Positions 9,890 to 19,597 of a stretch of 64,000 bases of DNA are shown piece after piece. A program made the translations under genes and the position numbers. Origin of the DNA: Thermofilaceae archaeon (GTDB lineage Archaea; Thermoproteota; Thermoprotei; Thermofilales; Thermofilaceae); contig JAVYWK010000003.1 in the NCBI GenBank assembly GCA_038727095.1, forward strand, positions 36,795 through 100,794, written 5' to 3'. The notes under the pieces were generated by a model, which saw only the letters and a list, made by a program, of their open reading frames with translations, was not told the origin of the DNA and did not search any database. Each line of letters starts with the position of its first letter. Position 1 is the stretch's first letter.

Positions 9890-11122
9890 ATGCTCGAGGA
9901 GTACGGGATAAAGACTCTAGATGACGTAGAGGTGGCAGATAAATGGACCTTCGTTAGGGTGGATGTAAACTCGCCGATAGATCCTGCGTCGAAGAAGATA
10001 CTTGACGATAGCAGAATCCGTGAGCACGCGGAGCACACGATCAAGGAGCTGGTTACGAGGAGAGCGAAAGTCGTCATAATCGCCCACCAGGGACGCAAGG
10101 GCGACCCCGATTTCACCAGCCTCAGGGAGCACGCGGAAGTTATGGCAAAGATCCTGGGCGTTAAGGTCCACTTTGTGGACGACATCTTCGGCGATAAAGC
10201 GCGCCGAGCGATCGAAGCCCTTAGGGAGGGCGAAGTGCTCGTTTTAGAGAACGTTAGGATGTGGGACGGCGAGACTAAGAGCGCAAAGGCCGAGGATCAT
10301 GCGAAATCGGAGCTTGTGCGCAATCTCGCTCCTTACGTGGACATCTTCGTGGTTGACGCATTCGCAGCCGCGCATAGGGCTCACGCCTCCCTCGTCGGCT
10401 TCATGCCTGTCGCAAAGCACGTAGTAGCTGGCAGAGTGATGGAGAGAGAGCTGCGAGCCTTAGCTAAGGTGAGGGCGAAGCCGGAGAGGCCTTGCGTATA
10501 TGTTCTTGGGGGCGCGAAGGCCGAGGATGCCGCCGACATATCCGAGGCTGTTCTCGGCCAGGGTATTGCAGACTACGTGCTCACAGGAGGTCTTGTAGCA
10601 AACCTCTTCTTAGCGGCCAAGGGCTACAACTTAGGCGCTCCCAACGTTAAGGTTTTAGAAGATAAGGGTTTCATGCCGCTTTTGCCTCGCTTCAAAGAGG
10701 CCCTTAACAAGTTTGGTGAGAAAATCATACTGCCCGTTGATTTAGCGATCGATGTTAACGGTAAGAGGGAGGAGATCAGCCTCGAGAAACTTCCTACAAG
10801 CCACCTGATAAAGGATGTTGGTTCCGAAACGCTCAAGATTTACGAAAAGGTGATAAAGGGGGCTAAGAGTATCGTAATGAACGGCCCGCTCGGCATTTTC
10901 GAGGTTGACGAGTTTGCCACGGGAACACGTAGGGTGTTCGAGGCCATAGCCGTCTCGAAAGCTTTCAGCGTCATAGGTGGAGGGCACACCATTGCTGCTG
11001 CCGCGAAACTAGGCTTCACTGACAAAGTGTCCCACGTCAGTACCGGCGGCGGAGCTCTAATGGAGTTCCTGAGCAAGGGTACACTGCCCGTAGTAGAGGA
11101 GCTCAAGAGGTTCAGCAAGTAA
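9890..11122 (+). CDS. pgk: Phosphoglycerate kinase
   Basis: RVDVNSP, AHQGR, LENVR, DAFAAAHR, GGGHT and STGGGA motifs. Confidence 0.98.
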   Translation: MLEEYGIKTLDDVEVADKWTFVRVDVNSPIDPASKKILDDSRIREHAEHTIKELVTRRAKVVIIAHQGRKGDPDFTSLREHAEVMAKILGVKVHFVDDIFGDKARRAIEALREGEVLVLENVRMWDGETKSAKAEDHAKSELVRNLAPYVDIFVVDAFAAAHRAHASLVGFMPVAKHVVAGRVMERELRALAKVRAKPERPCVYVLGGAKAEDAADISEAVLGQGIADYVLTGGLVANLFLAAKGYNLGAPNVKVLEDKGFMPLLPRFKEALNKFGEKIILPVDLAIDVNGKREEISLEKLPTSHLIKDVGSETLKIYEKVIKGAKSIVMNGPLGIFEVDEFATGTRRVFEAIAVSKAFSVIGGGHTIAAAAKLGFTDKVSHVSTGGGALMEFLSKGTLPVVEELKRFSK

Positions 11123-11176
11123 AGGGGACGGATCTCTATAGGAAAATTTATTTCCCCTTTATCCCCGTATTCTCTA

Positions 11177-11932
11177 ATGAAGGAGTGGAGTTTTCACGAG
11201 TTTAAGCGCATACCCCGGGCAAACCACCTGATCGTAGGGATGCCCGATGTTGGCCTCGTCGGCCTAATCGCTTTAACACATATCGTGCGATCGCTGAACG
11301 CCGAGATTATGGCCTACATTGATTCTCCCCACCTCCCTCCCGTGATAATGTACCATGAGGGACGCCCCTACCCTGTCATGAGAATCCACCACTACTCGCT
11401 GGATAGCAACGGCTACCTCATGCTTGTCAGCGATGTACTCATGAACGTAAGGGGTATGCGATCCTTCGCGCAGATGCTCATTGAGTGGGCCCAGAGCAAG
11501 GGCATCGAAAGGGTGTTCCTGCTGGGAGGCGTGCCAACGCCGCAGCGTATGAACTTGGATAAGCCAGCTGTGTACGCAGCTGGTGTGACGGAGAGCGACA
11601 TCGAAATTATCGAGAGAGCTGGTGTGCAGTTGTTCAAGGAGGGCTTCGTGAGCGGCCCATACGCCATGATATTGAAGGAATGCTTCGTTAGGTCGGTTAA
11701 GGGCATTGCTCTGATGGCGGAGTCATTCCTCAATTACCCCGACCCGGGAGCTGCAGCGGCTGTGGTCTCCACGCTAGCCCCTCTGGCTGGCTTAAGGATC
11801 GACGTGGAGCCGCTACTCAAGCAGGAGGAGGAGATTAGAGTTAGGCTGCGCGAGACCATGAGGAGGACGATGGAAGCCATGAGGGCAAGTGGAAAAACCT
11901 ATGAGTACGCTGTCCCGGCTATGTACATATAG
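11177..11932 (+). CDS. Proteasome assembly chaperone PAC2/PbaA family
   Basis: GMPDVGLVG and YPDPGAAA motifs; C-terminal HbYX-like MYI. Confidence 0.9.
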   Translation: MKEWSFHEFKRIPRANHLIVGMPDVGLVGLIALTHIVRSLNAEIMAYIDSPHLPPVIMYHEGRPYPVMRIHHYSLDSNGYLMLVSDVLMNVRGMRSFAQMLIEWAQSKGIERVFLLGGVPTPQRMNLDKPAVYAAGVTESDIEIIERAGVQLFKEGFVSGPYAMILKECFVRSVKGIALMAESFLNYPDPGAAAAVVSTLAPLAGLRIDVEPLLKQEEEIRVRLRETMRRTMEAMRASGKTYEYAVPAMYI

Positions 11933-11947
11933 CGTGGGGTGGTTGCT

Positions 11948-12367
11948 ATGGAAGAGTGGTTTGAAAGGGAGATGAGGGAGCTGAGGAGGGAGATTAGAAG
12001 ATTCATCAAAGAGTTTGAAAACCTCTTCGAACCGGTTTTCGATATTGAACGGGGGGAGGTGGAGCCTTTGCATGAGGTGCATGATGCTGGTGACAAAGTG
12101 ATCATCAGGGTTGATCTTCCGAAAGCGGCTAAGGAAAGTGTTGAAGTTCTAAGGATGGGGAACCGGTTGCTCGTGAGAGCTAAGATGAGGGAGCCCGTAA
12201 GGCTGTGCGACGTCCCCTTCTACGCTAGATGCGAAGTTTCAGGCTACAAGCTTGAGCTTGAACTCCCGCCCGACGCGAACCCTGAGGAGATCACAGCCTC
12301 ATTCAAAGCTGGCTTCCTCGAGATAATTGTTCCCAAGCAAAAGGTTTACAGAGTTAAGGTAGAGTAG
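11948..12367 (+). CDS. Small heat-shock protein Hsp20
   Basis: Alpha-crystallin domain (IRVDLP...ASFKAGFLEIIVPK) and C-terminal VKVE; ATG at 11948 after a GGTGG RBS-like tract. Confidence 0.9.
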   Translation: MEEWFEREMRELRREIRRFIKEFENLFEPVFDIERGEVEPLHEVHDAGDKVIIRVDLPKAAKESVEVLRMGNRLLVRAKMREPVRLCDVPFYARCEVSGYKLELELPPDANPEEITASFKAGFLEIIVPKQKVYRVKVE

Positions 12368-13087
12368 CTACAGAGCACGCAGTGTTTTTATCAGTTCTTC
12401 GACGCTTTCCACCATGCAGACCGCCAGGGGGATGTTCTCCCTCCTAGCTATTTCAACCGCCAGCCTATCAACCTTCTTTACCCCATGCATAACCACTAAA
12501 GCAGGCTTTAACCCGCCCATCCCGGCTTGCATAGCCTTAACGGCTACAATCGGGCTTCTCCCTAAGGTAACTCCCGTGAAGATTGCGGCTCTCTGCGTTG
12601 TAGCGCCGTAAAGCCTGATGTATTCAACAGCTGGAACCTCTACTACAAGCTTCACACTATCCACGACAGTGTAGCCTAGAAGAAGCTCTTTCCCAGTTCC
12701 GACTATGAGCTCAGCTCCTATCCTCTCGCAGAAGTCCTTGGAGGCTATCGGTTCATCGAATTCCCTCATATCGATAACAGCTTCCCTAAGCTTAGAGGAA
12801 CCAATCATGAGGAGAGATAAGCTGCGTAAAGTGGGTGCCCCCCTCCTCTCATCGATTTCGATTAAACCGGATACGAACCTCTTCAGAAACCTTGTGCCAG
12901 GGGATCTTCTACGGCCGCTCTCGTAATCGCTGAGTACGGATGAGGAAACGCCCATGATCTCCGCCAACTCGGTCTGCGTCACTCGGAACTGCTCGCGCCA
13001 CTTACGCATCGATTTACCGGGTGAGGGCGACAGTACAACATCACCGATGATCCTTGCTGCAACCTCCTTCCAGGCTTCCAGGCTCAC
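12368..13087 (-). CDS. Cro/C1-type HTH regulator with DRTGG-like C-terminal domain (COG1709-like)
   Basis: MRKWREQFRVTQTELA...SDYESGRRRSPG and RAAIFTGVTLGRSP. Confidence 0.88.
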   Translation of the reverse strand: MSLEAWKEVAARIIGDVVLSPSPGKSMRKWREQFRVTQTELAEIMGVSSSVLSDYESGRRRSPGTRFLKRFVSGLIEIDERRGAPTLRSLSLLMIGSSKLREAVIDMREFDEPIASKDFCERIGAELIVGTGKELLLGYTVVDSVKLVVEVPAVEYIRLYGATTQRAAIFTGVTLGRSPIVAVKAMQAGMGGLKPALVVMHGVKKVDRLAVEIARRENIPLAVCMVESVEELIKTLRAL

Positions 13088-13109
13088 GGGAGCATCTTCC
13101 AGCAGCAGC

Positions 13110-13117
13110 TATTTAAG
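13110..13117. promoter_or_regulatory. Probable bidirectional TATA box
   Basis: TATTTAAG lies ~23 nt from the minus-strand start at 13087 and ~23 nt from the sRNA stem at 13140. Confidence 0.45.
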
Positions 13118-13139
13118 GGGTGCGCATCTCAAAATGTTC

Positions 13140-13202
13140 GGGCCGTTGTGATGATGCTCGAAAGGTATGAAGAATGATGCTCCCGGGCAAGTCTGATGGC
13201 CC
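13140..13202 (+). ncRNA. C/D-box 2'-O-methylation guide sRNA
   Basis: Box C GTGATGA 13148-54, 12-nt guide, D' ATGA 13167-70, C' ATGATGC 13174-80, 12-nt guide, box D CTGA 13193-96; terminal stem GGGCC/GGCCC. Confidence 0.8.
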
Positions 13203-13273
13203 AACGGGTTTAGCAATCGCTTCCTGGTGATTTAGTGACAAAGTTTTAATGCCCGCTTTCCGGGAGAGGCACG

Positions 13274-14302
13274 ATGAAATACAGACTAGCCATTAACGGG
13301 TTTGGAAGAATAGGGAGGCTGTTCTTCCGCGCGGCGTTGAAAAACCCGAAGTTCTTCGACACGTATGAGGTCGTAGCCATAAACGACATCGGTTCCCCGA
13401 AGATGCTCGCATACTTGCTGAAGTACGACTCAACTTTTGGAAAGCTTCCAAACGAAGTTGAGGCAAAAGATAATAAGATCATCGTCGATGGTAAAGAGCT
13501 TCTCGTCCTTAATGAGCCGAACCCCGAAAAGCTACCTTGGAAGGACTTAGGCATCGATGTTGCGATGGAGTCTACCGGTAGGTTCACGGACAGAGAGAAA
13601 GCGGCTCTTCACATAAAAGCTGGAGCAAAGAAGGTGCTTGTGACAGCGCCTTCCAAGGGTGCAGACGTGACGATCGTTATGGGCGTAAACCACGACATGT
13701 ATGATCCGAAGAAGCACGAGGTTATCTCCAATGCTTCCTGCACTACTAACTGCCTTGCCCCGGTAGCTTACGTGCTCCTAAAGAAGTTCGGGGTGCAGTG
13801 GGGCTTCATGACCACTGTTCACGCGTATACTAACGACCAGCGCGTGCTCGACTTAATACATCCCGAGGACTTCAGGAGAGCGAGGGCAGCCGCTATGAAC
13901 ATCATCCCAACGACTACTGGTGCTGCTAGGGCCATCCACCTGGTCATACCAGAGCTAAAGGGCAAGATGGATGGCATGGCGATGCGAGTACCAGTGCCAA
14001 ACGTGTCCGTCGTCGACCTCGTGGCCCTCCTCGACAAGGAGGTCACAAAGGAGGAAATGGATGCTGCCTTCAAAGAGGCCTCGGAAACCTACCTGAAGGG
14101 GATCCTCGAGTACGTGGATGAACCGATAGTCTCCTCCGACATACTGGGCAACCCGCACTCCGCGATCTACGACGCTCAGGCGAGCATGGTGCTCGGCGGC
14201 AAGAGCAACAAGGTGAAGGCTATCGCCTGGTACGACAACGAGTGGGGCTTCAGCTGCAGGCTCGTAGACTTGCTGCTCCACATAGCTAGCAAAGGTATCT
14301 AA
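13274..14302 (+). CDS. gap: Glyceraldehyde-3-phosphate dehydrogenase, class I (bacterial type)
   Basis: INGFGRIGR, ESTGRF, SNASCTTNCLAP, TTVHAYTNDQ and WYDNEWG motifs. Confidence 0.97.
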   Translation: MKYRLAINGFGRIGRLFFRAALKNPKFFDTYEVVAINDIGSPKMLAYLLKYDSTFGKLPNEVEAKDNKIIVDGKELLVLNEPNPEKLPWKDLGIDVAMESTGRFTDREKAALHIKAGAKKVLVTAPSKGADVTIVMGVNHDMYDPKKHEVISNASCTTNCLAPVAYVLLKKFGVQWGFMTTVHAYTNDQRVLDLIHPEDFRRARAAAMNIIPTTTGAARAIHLVIPELKGKMDGMAMRVPVPNVSVVDLVALLDKEVTKEEMDAAFKEASETYLKGILEYVDEPIVSSDILGNPHSAIYDAQASMVLGGKSNKVKAIAWYDNEWGFSCRLVDLLLHIASKGI

Positions 14303-14326
14303 AGCGCACTCTAAATCAACTCCCAC

Positions 14327-14584
14327 CTACTTTTTGTATACGGTTTCCCCTGTTGCTAGATTCTTCACCATTACAACTCGATGAAAAGGAACGTAGACCA
14401 GTTTAGCTCCGAGGCGTACCTCGAAACCTCTTAGGTACACTTTTTCTACCGCGCTTCCACGTACTGTCTCAACACCGCAACAAGACCCACGGGAAGTAAA
14501 CGAGATTACGAAATCGTCAGCGTTAATGTTAGGGTTCCAGCGGAGCCCGAGGAGCAGGTTTCTAAGCGGGTTTGCCCTCGACAA
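14327..14584 (-). CDS. DUF504/MJ1316-like RNA-end recognition protein
   Basis: LRW...YVPFHRV pattern and small size. Confidence 0.75.
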   Translation of the reverse strand: MSRANPLRNLLLGLRWNPNINADDFVISFTSRGSCCGVETVRGSAVEKVYLRGFEVRLGAKLVYVPFHRVVMVKNLATGETVYKK

Positions 14585-15779
14585 TTTCTATCCTCCTCCT
14601 GTACACGGTCTCGAGCATTGCTTTAAACCGTCTTTTCCTCCTCAAATTCCTTAAAGCTTGCCTTGCATCATCAACCGCGATCAATAGGCTATAGCCGCGC
14701 TCTTCTACTCTACGTGCATCGACGTTCAAGAACTCTTTAACCGCCCACTTCACCTCATCGCAATCCAATTCCACTTTAACACTTCTACAATCGACGGGGC
14801 ACCCTGCGCAGAAGCGCCCATCGATGAAGTCGAGCCCTGCACATGGTATTCGATTGCCAGTCCTCAGGTACACGTTAAGCGTGTTAGCGCAGCATGCACT
14901 GTAAAGCGGAATAATCCCAAGAGTTTTCGCCTCCTCTGCAAGCCTCCTCTTAACGTCATTCATGGGTACGCTAAGCTGAGCCCTGCCTTCGGGCGGACGC
15001 CTGAGCCTGGACAGTATTCGATCTACGCCAATCCCCGATTTTTTCAGCCTCACAATGGTGCTCGCTGTAACTCTAAGGCTGCCCAACACGGTGGCAACCG
15101 CCCCCCGCTTTTTCGCCTCCCGCATCACCTCGATAACCTCCTCCTCTAGGCCTGGGATCAGTGGGCGCAGAGAAAGCATCGGGAAGAGCCTCGCCTTCCG
15201 TAGGATGAAGATGGATTCAAGCCTACTCTCCGGGTTAGGCGCAGCGGGCTCAAGTTTGCTCCAGTTCTTTAGAGCGATTATCGTCACCAACGGGTTTATG
15301 GGAGCCCCCGAGACTCCGCCAAGCCTCTGGGCCACTTCCTCGCTCACCACGGCCTTCGTCGATAGCTGGAGAGGGTTGTGCAAGTGCCTGGCGAAGGCCT
15401 CCACGTACTCGAGAGTCCTCCACGCACCAACTGGGTGCAGAGGTTCGCCGAGGCTACCCAATGCAATGTATGTTCCGTGTAGGCCGGGAAGGAAGAAGGG
15501 GTTGGAAACTAGGGCCAAGACCATCTCCTCCCCGCTCAAAGCGTAGGGTTGAGCCCGGGCGAAGCTCACCCCCATGTCGGGTAGGTAGCAGTAAACGCAT
15601 TGGAACGTACACCCCAAAACGCTGTGCACTGTAGCCCCGCAGTGAACGGGGTACTTCTTTGCGTGGTAGTCGCTTCTCGCTCTTTCAGACCTCTCGTAGC
15701 CCAGCTTACTGGAGAGCTCCTCCTCCAACTTCATCTTGTCGTAGAGAAGGTTGCGGATCGAAAGCTTAACAGTGCTCAA
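14562..15779 (-). CDS. Radical SAM protein with an extra Cys cluster and a KH-like tail
   Basis: GCTFQCVYC motif, GSLGEP, QLSTK; later CC...C...CxxCxxxC. Confidence 0.88.
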   Translation of the reverse strand: MSTVKLSIRNLLYDKMKLEEELSSKLGYERSERARSDYHAKKYPVHCGATVHSVLGCTFQCVYCYLPDMGVSFARAQPYALSGEEMVLALVSNPFFLPGLHGTYIALGSLGEPLHPVGAWRTLEYVEAFARHLHNPLQLSTKAVVSEEVAQRLGGVSGAPINPLVTIIALKNWSKLEPAAPNPESRLESIFILRKARLFPMLSLRPLIPGLEEEVIEVMREAKKRGAVATVLGSLRVTASTIVRLKKSGIGVDRILSRLRRPPEGRAQLSVPMNDVKRRLAEEAKTLGIIPLYSACCANTLNVYLRTGNRIPCAGLDFIDGRFCAGCPVDCRSVKVELDCDEVKWAVKEFLNVDARRVEERGYSLLIAVDDARQALRNLRRKRRFKAMLETVYRRRIEIVEGKPA

Positions 15780-15794
15780 GCCAAAAGCACCGGA

Positions 15795-17609
15795 TTAGTA
15801 ACCGGGCCTCTGAGACAGCCTCACCGGAATCATCATTGGAGCTCGGGGGTACCCCTCCAGCTTCTCCTCCAACTCCTGTACCAGCTTATCGAGCCCCATC
15901 TCCTCTATCCCGCCGGATCGCCTTCGGACGTTCAGCACTCCTTTTTCAACTTCCTTCGCCCCGACTACGACAATGTAAGGAATCCACTTAACTTCAGCAT
16001 CCCTAATCTTCTTTGATAGACTCTCGTCCCTATCGTCGACGTCGGCCCGTATCGCAAGCGAGTTCAGCTTCTCTGCAACTTCGAGTGCGTACCCCGTGTA
16101 ATCGGAGGATACGGGAATCACGCGAACCTGGACGGGGGAGAGCCATAGGGGGAGTGACGGCTTTCCTCCCTTAGCCTCCTCCGCAGCTGCTGTATCGAAG
16201 AGCAGGTAGAGGTAGCGCTCAAGCGACCCGATGATCGCCGTGTGGATGATGACTGGGTACCTTTTAGCCCCGTTTTCATCAGTGTACGTGATCCCAAACC
16301 TCTCCGCGTTGCCCACGTCGATCTGGAAGGTCCCGATCTCGCGGGGCCTGCCCAGCTGGTCTATCACGTTATACTCCACGTTGATCACCCAGTAGTACTT
16401 ACCCTCAGGAACGAAGTGCAGGAGAGCTGGCTTCCCCTCCCGCGCTACAAGTTCGGCCAAGTAATCCTGGTTTTCGACCGCGAAGCTGCGCGTCAGATTG
16501 TATATGGAGACGTAGTCTCTACCCACCTTCCTGATCTCTTCGTAGATCTTCTCATGAACTTTGAGAGAGAGGCGCTTAGCCTCCTCCAAGTCGCGGGTTA
16601 AGATGTGTAGGTCCGGCATCAAGAACTTGCGCAACCTGAAGCAGAGGGTGAGCTCGCCCGGCTGCTCGAGCCTGTAGCTGTCGGCCACCTCGAATACCCC
16701 GAAGGGGAGGTGCCTGTAGCTGATGTTCCAGTCCTTCAGCATTGCGAACTGCTGGTGGCAGGCCGCGTACCTCAACACGAACTTCTTCTGCCCGACTTCC
16801 ACAGTGTAGAGCCGGTCTCCGAAGAGGTCGGCGTGCTGCTTAACAGCGGGAACGCTTAGATCGAACATGTTCGTACCTTTAACCTTGAAGATTGGTAGAC
16901 CCAGCGAGAGGGCGCAACCCCAAGCGTACTCTGATAGCAGGTCTATCATGATCGAGGCTTCAGGGCCGTACCTCATGTGACCCTGATCCGAATATGACTC
17001 CCACTCGATCCCGAACTTCCTGCAGTAGTCCAAGTACCGGGGCTCACCCCCAGCGCCACCCTCACCGTAAACCTCCCTGCGCACGAGTTGCTTGAAGTCT
17101 TCCAGTGCCGAACTTAAATCGAACTCGCGCAGAGGGACTATAGTACCCTCCGGCGTTAAAACCGCGTACTCCTCAGCGGCCTCAGCGGGCCTTATAGTCC
17201 TGGAGAGCTCAGCGAGGGGATGCCCCACGCAGGATATGGTAAAGCGCTTGTACCACCCGAAGGGGGCCCTCACAACCTCGAAACCGCGCCCCTCGAGAGC
17301 GGAGGATAGCTCCCTTAAAGCCTTTACCGCTACAGCGGGCTTCGCCAGATCGCTCGAAAGGTGCGCATAGGGGTAAACCACAACCCTTTTTACGGCGAGC
17401 TTCTGGGACACGCTCTCGATCTCCTCAGCGGCCTTAGAGACTACCCAAGCCAAATTGGCCTCGTCAACCCCCTCAACAGTGACGAAGCAGACGAGCGCGT
17501 TCTCAACGCTCCCCCTCCCGCCGTTCTCGCTCAGCTCCTCTGCCTCCTCCAGCGCTCTCTGTCGAGCTTCGTACTCGAAACGCTCAGCGTGTATCAGCAG
17601 TAGCTTCAA
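15795..17609 (-). CDS. thrS: Threonyl-tRNA synthetase, archaeal type with N-terminal editing domain
   Basis: LLLIHA, YPYAHLS, APFGWYK, CVGHPLAELSR, LRYAAC and IIHTAIIGSLER motifs. Confidence 0.97.
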   Translation of the reverse strand: MKLLLIHAERFEYEARQRALEEAEELSENGGRGSVENALVCFVTVEGVDEANLAWVVSKAAEEIESVSQKLAVKRVVVYPYAHLSSDLAKPAVAVKALRELSSALEGRGFEVVRAPFGWYKRFTISCVGHPLAELSRTIRPAEAAEEYAVLTPEGTIVPLREFDLSSALEDFKQLVRREVYGEGGAGGEPRYLDYCRKFGIEWESYSDQGHMRYGPEASIMIDLLSEYAWGCALSLGLPIFKVKGTNMFDLSVPAVKQHADLFGDRLYTVEVGQKKFVLRYAACHQQFAMLKDWNISYRHLPFGVFEVADSYRLEQPGELTLCFRLRKFLMPDLHILTRDLEEAKRLSLKVHEKIYEEIRKVGRDYVSIYNLTRSFAVENQDYLAELVAREGKPALLHFVPEGKYYWVINVEYNVIDQLGRPREIGTFQIDVGNAERFGITYTDENGAKRYPVIIHTAIIGSLERYLYLLFDTAAAEEAKGGKPSLPLWLSPVQVRVIPVSSDYTGYALEVAEKLNSLAIRADVDDRDESLSKKIRDAEVKWIPYIVVVGAKEVEKGVLNVRRRSGGIEEMGLDKLVQELEEKLEGYPRAPMMIPVRLSQRPGY

Positions 17610-17612
17610 AAC

Positions 17613-17930
17613 CTACACCTCACCCTCGTAGTCAAGCCCCACCCTCTTAAGCTTCCTCCGGAGATCCGCGTACCTCGTCTCCATTTTCGCAGCCTCCTCA
17701 TCGATCGGCGGCTTCCTGTCCTTTCTCTCGATCATGAGGCTACAGGTTCCGTCAGGCAGCAGAGCATGCCTAATGCAGACGGCAAACTGGCACCTCCAAC
17801 CGATACACCTATCGCCAGTCCACTCACAGAGTGCCTCCAACCGATCCCTCCTCCTCCTAATAACGAGAGAGTTCTTAGTGCACTTGAAAGCCCGGAAGGG
17901 GCATTGGGGGGTGCACTCCGTTGAAAACAC
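17613..17930 (-). CDS. Cys-rich hypothetical protein
   Basis: 8 Cys in 105 aa; ends 3 nt before the thrS start. Confidence 0.7.
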   Translation of the reverse strand: MFSTECTPQCPFRAFKCTKNSLVIRRRRDRLEALCEWTGDRCIGWRCQFAVCIRHALLPDGTCSLMIERKDRKPPIDEEAAKMETRYADLRRKLKRVGLDYEGEV

Positions 17931-17968
17931 TCGCCCCCACCTCTCCTGTTACAGCCACTCCTCCTGCT

Positions 17969-18913
17969 TCATCTGTTAAAACTTTCGCTCAGAGAGCACA
18001 GTAGGGAGGCAAGTTCGGCGAACCCTCTCGCTTCGAGGAACTCCAGCGCCTCGGCCAGCGTGGGTCCGGACTGAGCACCACGCCGGGCGACTTTTATCGC
18101 GGCGCACGCGTTTGCGAACGTCAAAGCGTCGCTGCACTCCAGCCCCAGTAACACGGCCAATGTGAACGCTGCGTCGAAGACGTCGCCCGCGCCCGTAGTG
18201 TCTACAGCAGCAACCCTAAACGCTTCAGCCTCGCAAAACGCCCCTCTAACCCAAGCCATCGAGCCTCGCGAACCCCTCTTCACAACGACTATCGGAATTA
18301 TACGCCTTAGCACCTCCAACTCGTTTCCAGCACCGCTGCTGGCCAATACTGATGCTTCGACCTCGTTCAGGAAGAAGATGTCGACTAGTTTCACGGCTTC
18401 GAGGATCCTATCGAAGCCTGATCTTACATACGTCCCTCCCGGATCGTACGAAACGCGGGCCCCTGCCATCTTCGCCTCGCTGAAGACTTCAGCGGCTAGG
18501 TCCGGCGCTACAGACGCTGCGTGAACCCAATCTGAGGGCGGGAGGCGCCCTTCCCTGACCGCTTTTCGGAGATAGGCGTTGGCCCCCTTGTGGATAATCA
18601 TCGTGCGCTCCCCCTTTGAGTCTACGATCACGATGGCGGTGCCGGTCTGCCCTTCCACGCGCTTGACGCAGGAAGTGTCAACTCCAGCCCCCTCTAAGAG
18701 CTTCAGGAGCCGTTCGCCCTCTTCGTCGCTACCCACGCAACCGTAGAGCACCGCTCTCGCTCCCAGCTTTGCAGCCGCGACTGCGTAATTGGCTGCGGCG
18801 CCTCCAGGGCTCCTCGCGATGGCCTTAGCCTCCACTCTCCCACCCGCTTCCGGAAACTCGTCAACGTACACGAGCAGGTCGATGTTGACGTTGCCAACCG
18901 ATACCACTCTCAC
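17969..18913 (-). CDS. PfkB/ribokinase-family carbohydrate kinase
   Basis: PGGAAANYAVAAAKLG and VDTTGAGDVF signatures. Confidence 0.95.
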   Translation of the reverse strand: MRVVSVGNVNIDLLVYVDEFPEAGGRVEAKAIARSPGGAAANYAVAAAKLGARAVLYGCVGSDEEGERLLKLLEGAGVDTSCVKRVEGQTGTAIVIVDSKGERTMIIHKGANAYLRKAVREGRLPPSDWVHAASVAPDLAAEVFSEAKMAGARVSYDPGGTYVRSGFDRILEAVKLVDIFFLNEVEASVLASSGAGNELEVLRRIIPIVVVKRGSRGSMAWVRGAFCEAEAFRVAAVDTTGAGDVFDAAFTLAVLLGLECSDALTFANACAAIKVARRGAQSGPTLAEALEFLEARGFAELASLLCSLSESFNR

Positions 18914-18994
18914 GCGTCAATCAGGCTGAGGGCGGTATTTACGCTTGCCCGCCTAGAGCTCAGTTTTTATACTCGGTGAGCGCATGAAGGATCC

Positions 18995-19567
18995 GTGGAG
19001 GACCAGCGTCTAAGGCGTCTAGCTGAGGCAAAGTCCTACCTCCAAAGGAGGATCGAGGAGCTGGAGGGGGAGCTCGAGCTGCTCAAGCTTCTAGTAAACA
19101 TCGTTGACGCGGCACTCTCTCAGGAGAGCTTCGTGCGAGCCTCCGAGCTCCCACGCGAAGCGCCAGCCGGCTACGAGGCCCCAACCCGCCCGGAGCCCTC
19201 TGGTATGGGTTCGCTGGTCTCGGAGTCGTCGATCGTGTCGAGAGAAGGGCGTGAAATGGCGAAGTTCTCGGTGTACGAGAGGGGCATCGTGGTAAAACCC
19301 GTAATAGAGCTACCGCTGGATTCACCGCCCCTGAGGAGCTTCTTCGTCGCGAAGATCCTCGACGGGTACAAGAAGAAGGATGAGGACCTCGTCCGAGCGG
19401 GGGAGCTGGATAGTGAGGAGGCATTCGATTACGGGATCGAGGAGGAGGGCGGACTCGTAAAGGAGATCAGAATCAGGAACTACAGGGATAAGAGGAGGCT
19501 TGACGAGATCAGGAGCGCGCTCCGCTGGACCCTAAACAGGGTGCTGGAGAGAACGACCGGCTCCTAA
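18995..19567 (+). CDS. Hypothetical protein with N-terminal coiled coil
   Basis: TATA (TTTTTATA ~18965) upstream and natural codon usage; last residues lie in a tandem duplication. Confidence 0.8.
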   Translation: MEDQRLRRLAEAKSYLQRRIEELEGELELLKLLVNIVDAALSQESFVRASELPREAPAGYEAPTRPEPSGMGSLVSESSIVSREGREMAKFSVYERGIVVKPVIELPLDSPPLRSFFVAKILDGYKKKDEDLVRAGELDSEEAFDYGIEEEGGLVKEIRIRNYRDKRRLDEIRSALRWTLNRVLERTTGS

Positions 19568-19597
19568 ACAGGGTGCTGGAGAGAATGACCGGCTCCT
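19531..19597. repeat. Two-copy tandem duplication with a 32-bp period
   Basis: CCTAAACAGGGTGCTGGAGAGAA(C/T)GACCGGCT twice (19531-62 and 19563-94) plus CCT; one mismatch. Confidence 0.95.

Noticed and set aside
19531-19597. Bona fide CRISPR array
   Set aside because: Only two units with identical spacers and no cas1/cas2 or leader; kept only as a proto-array hypothesis
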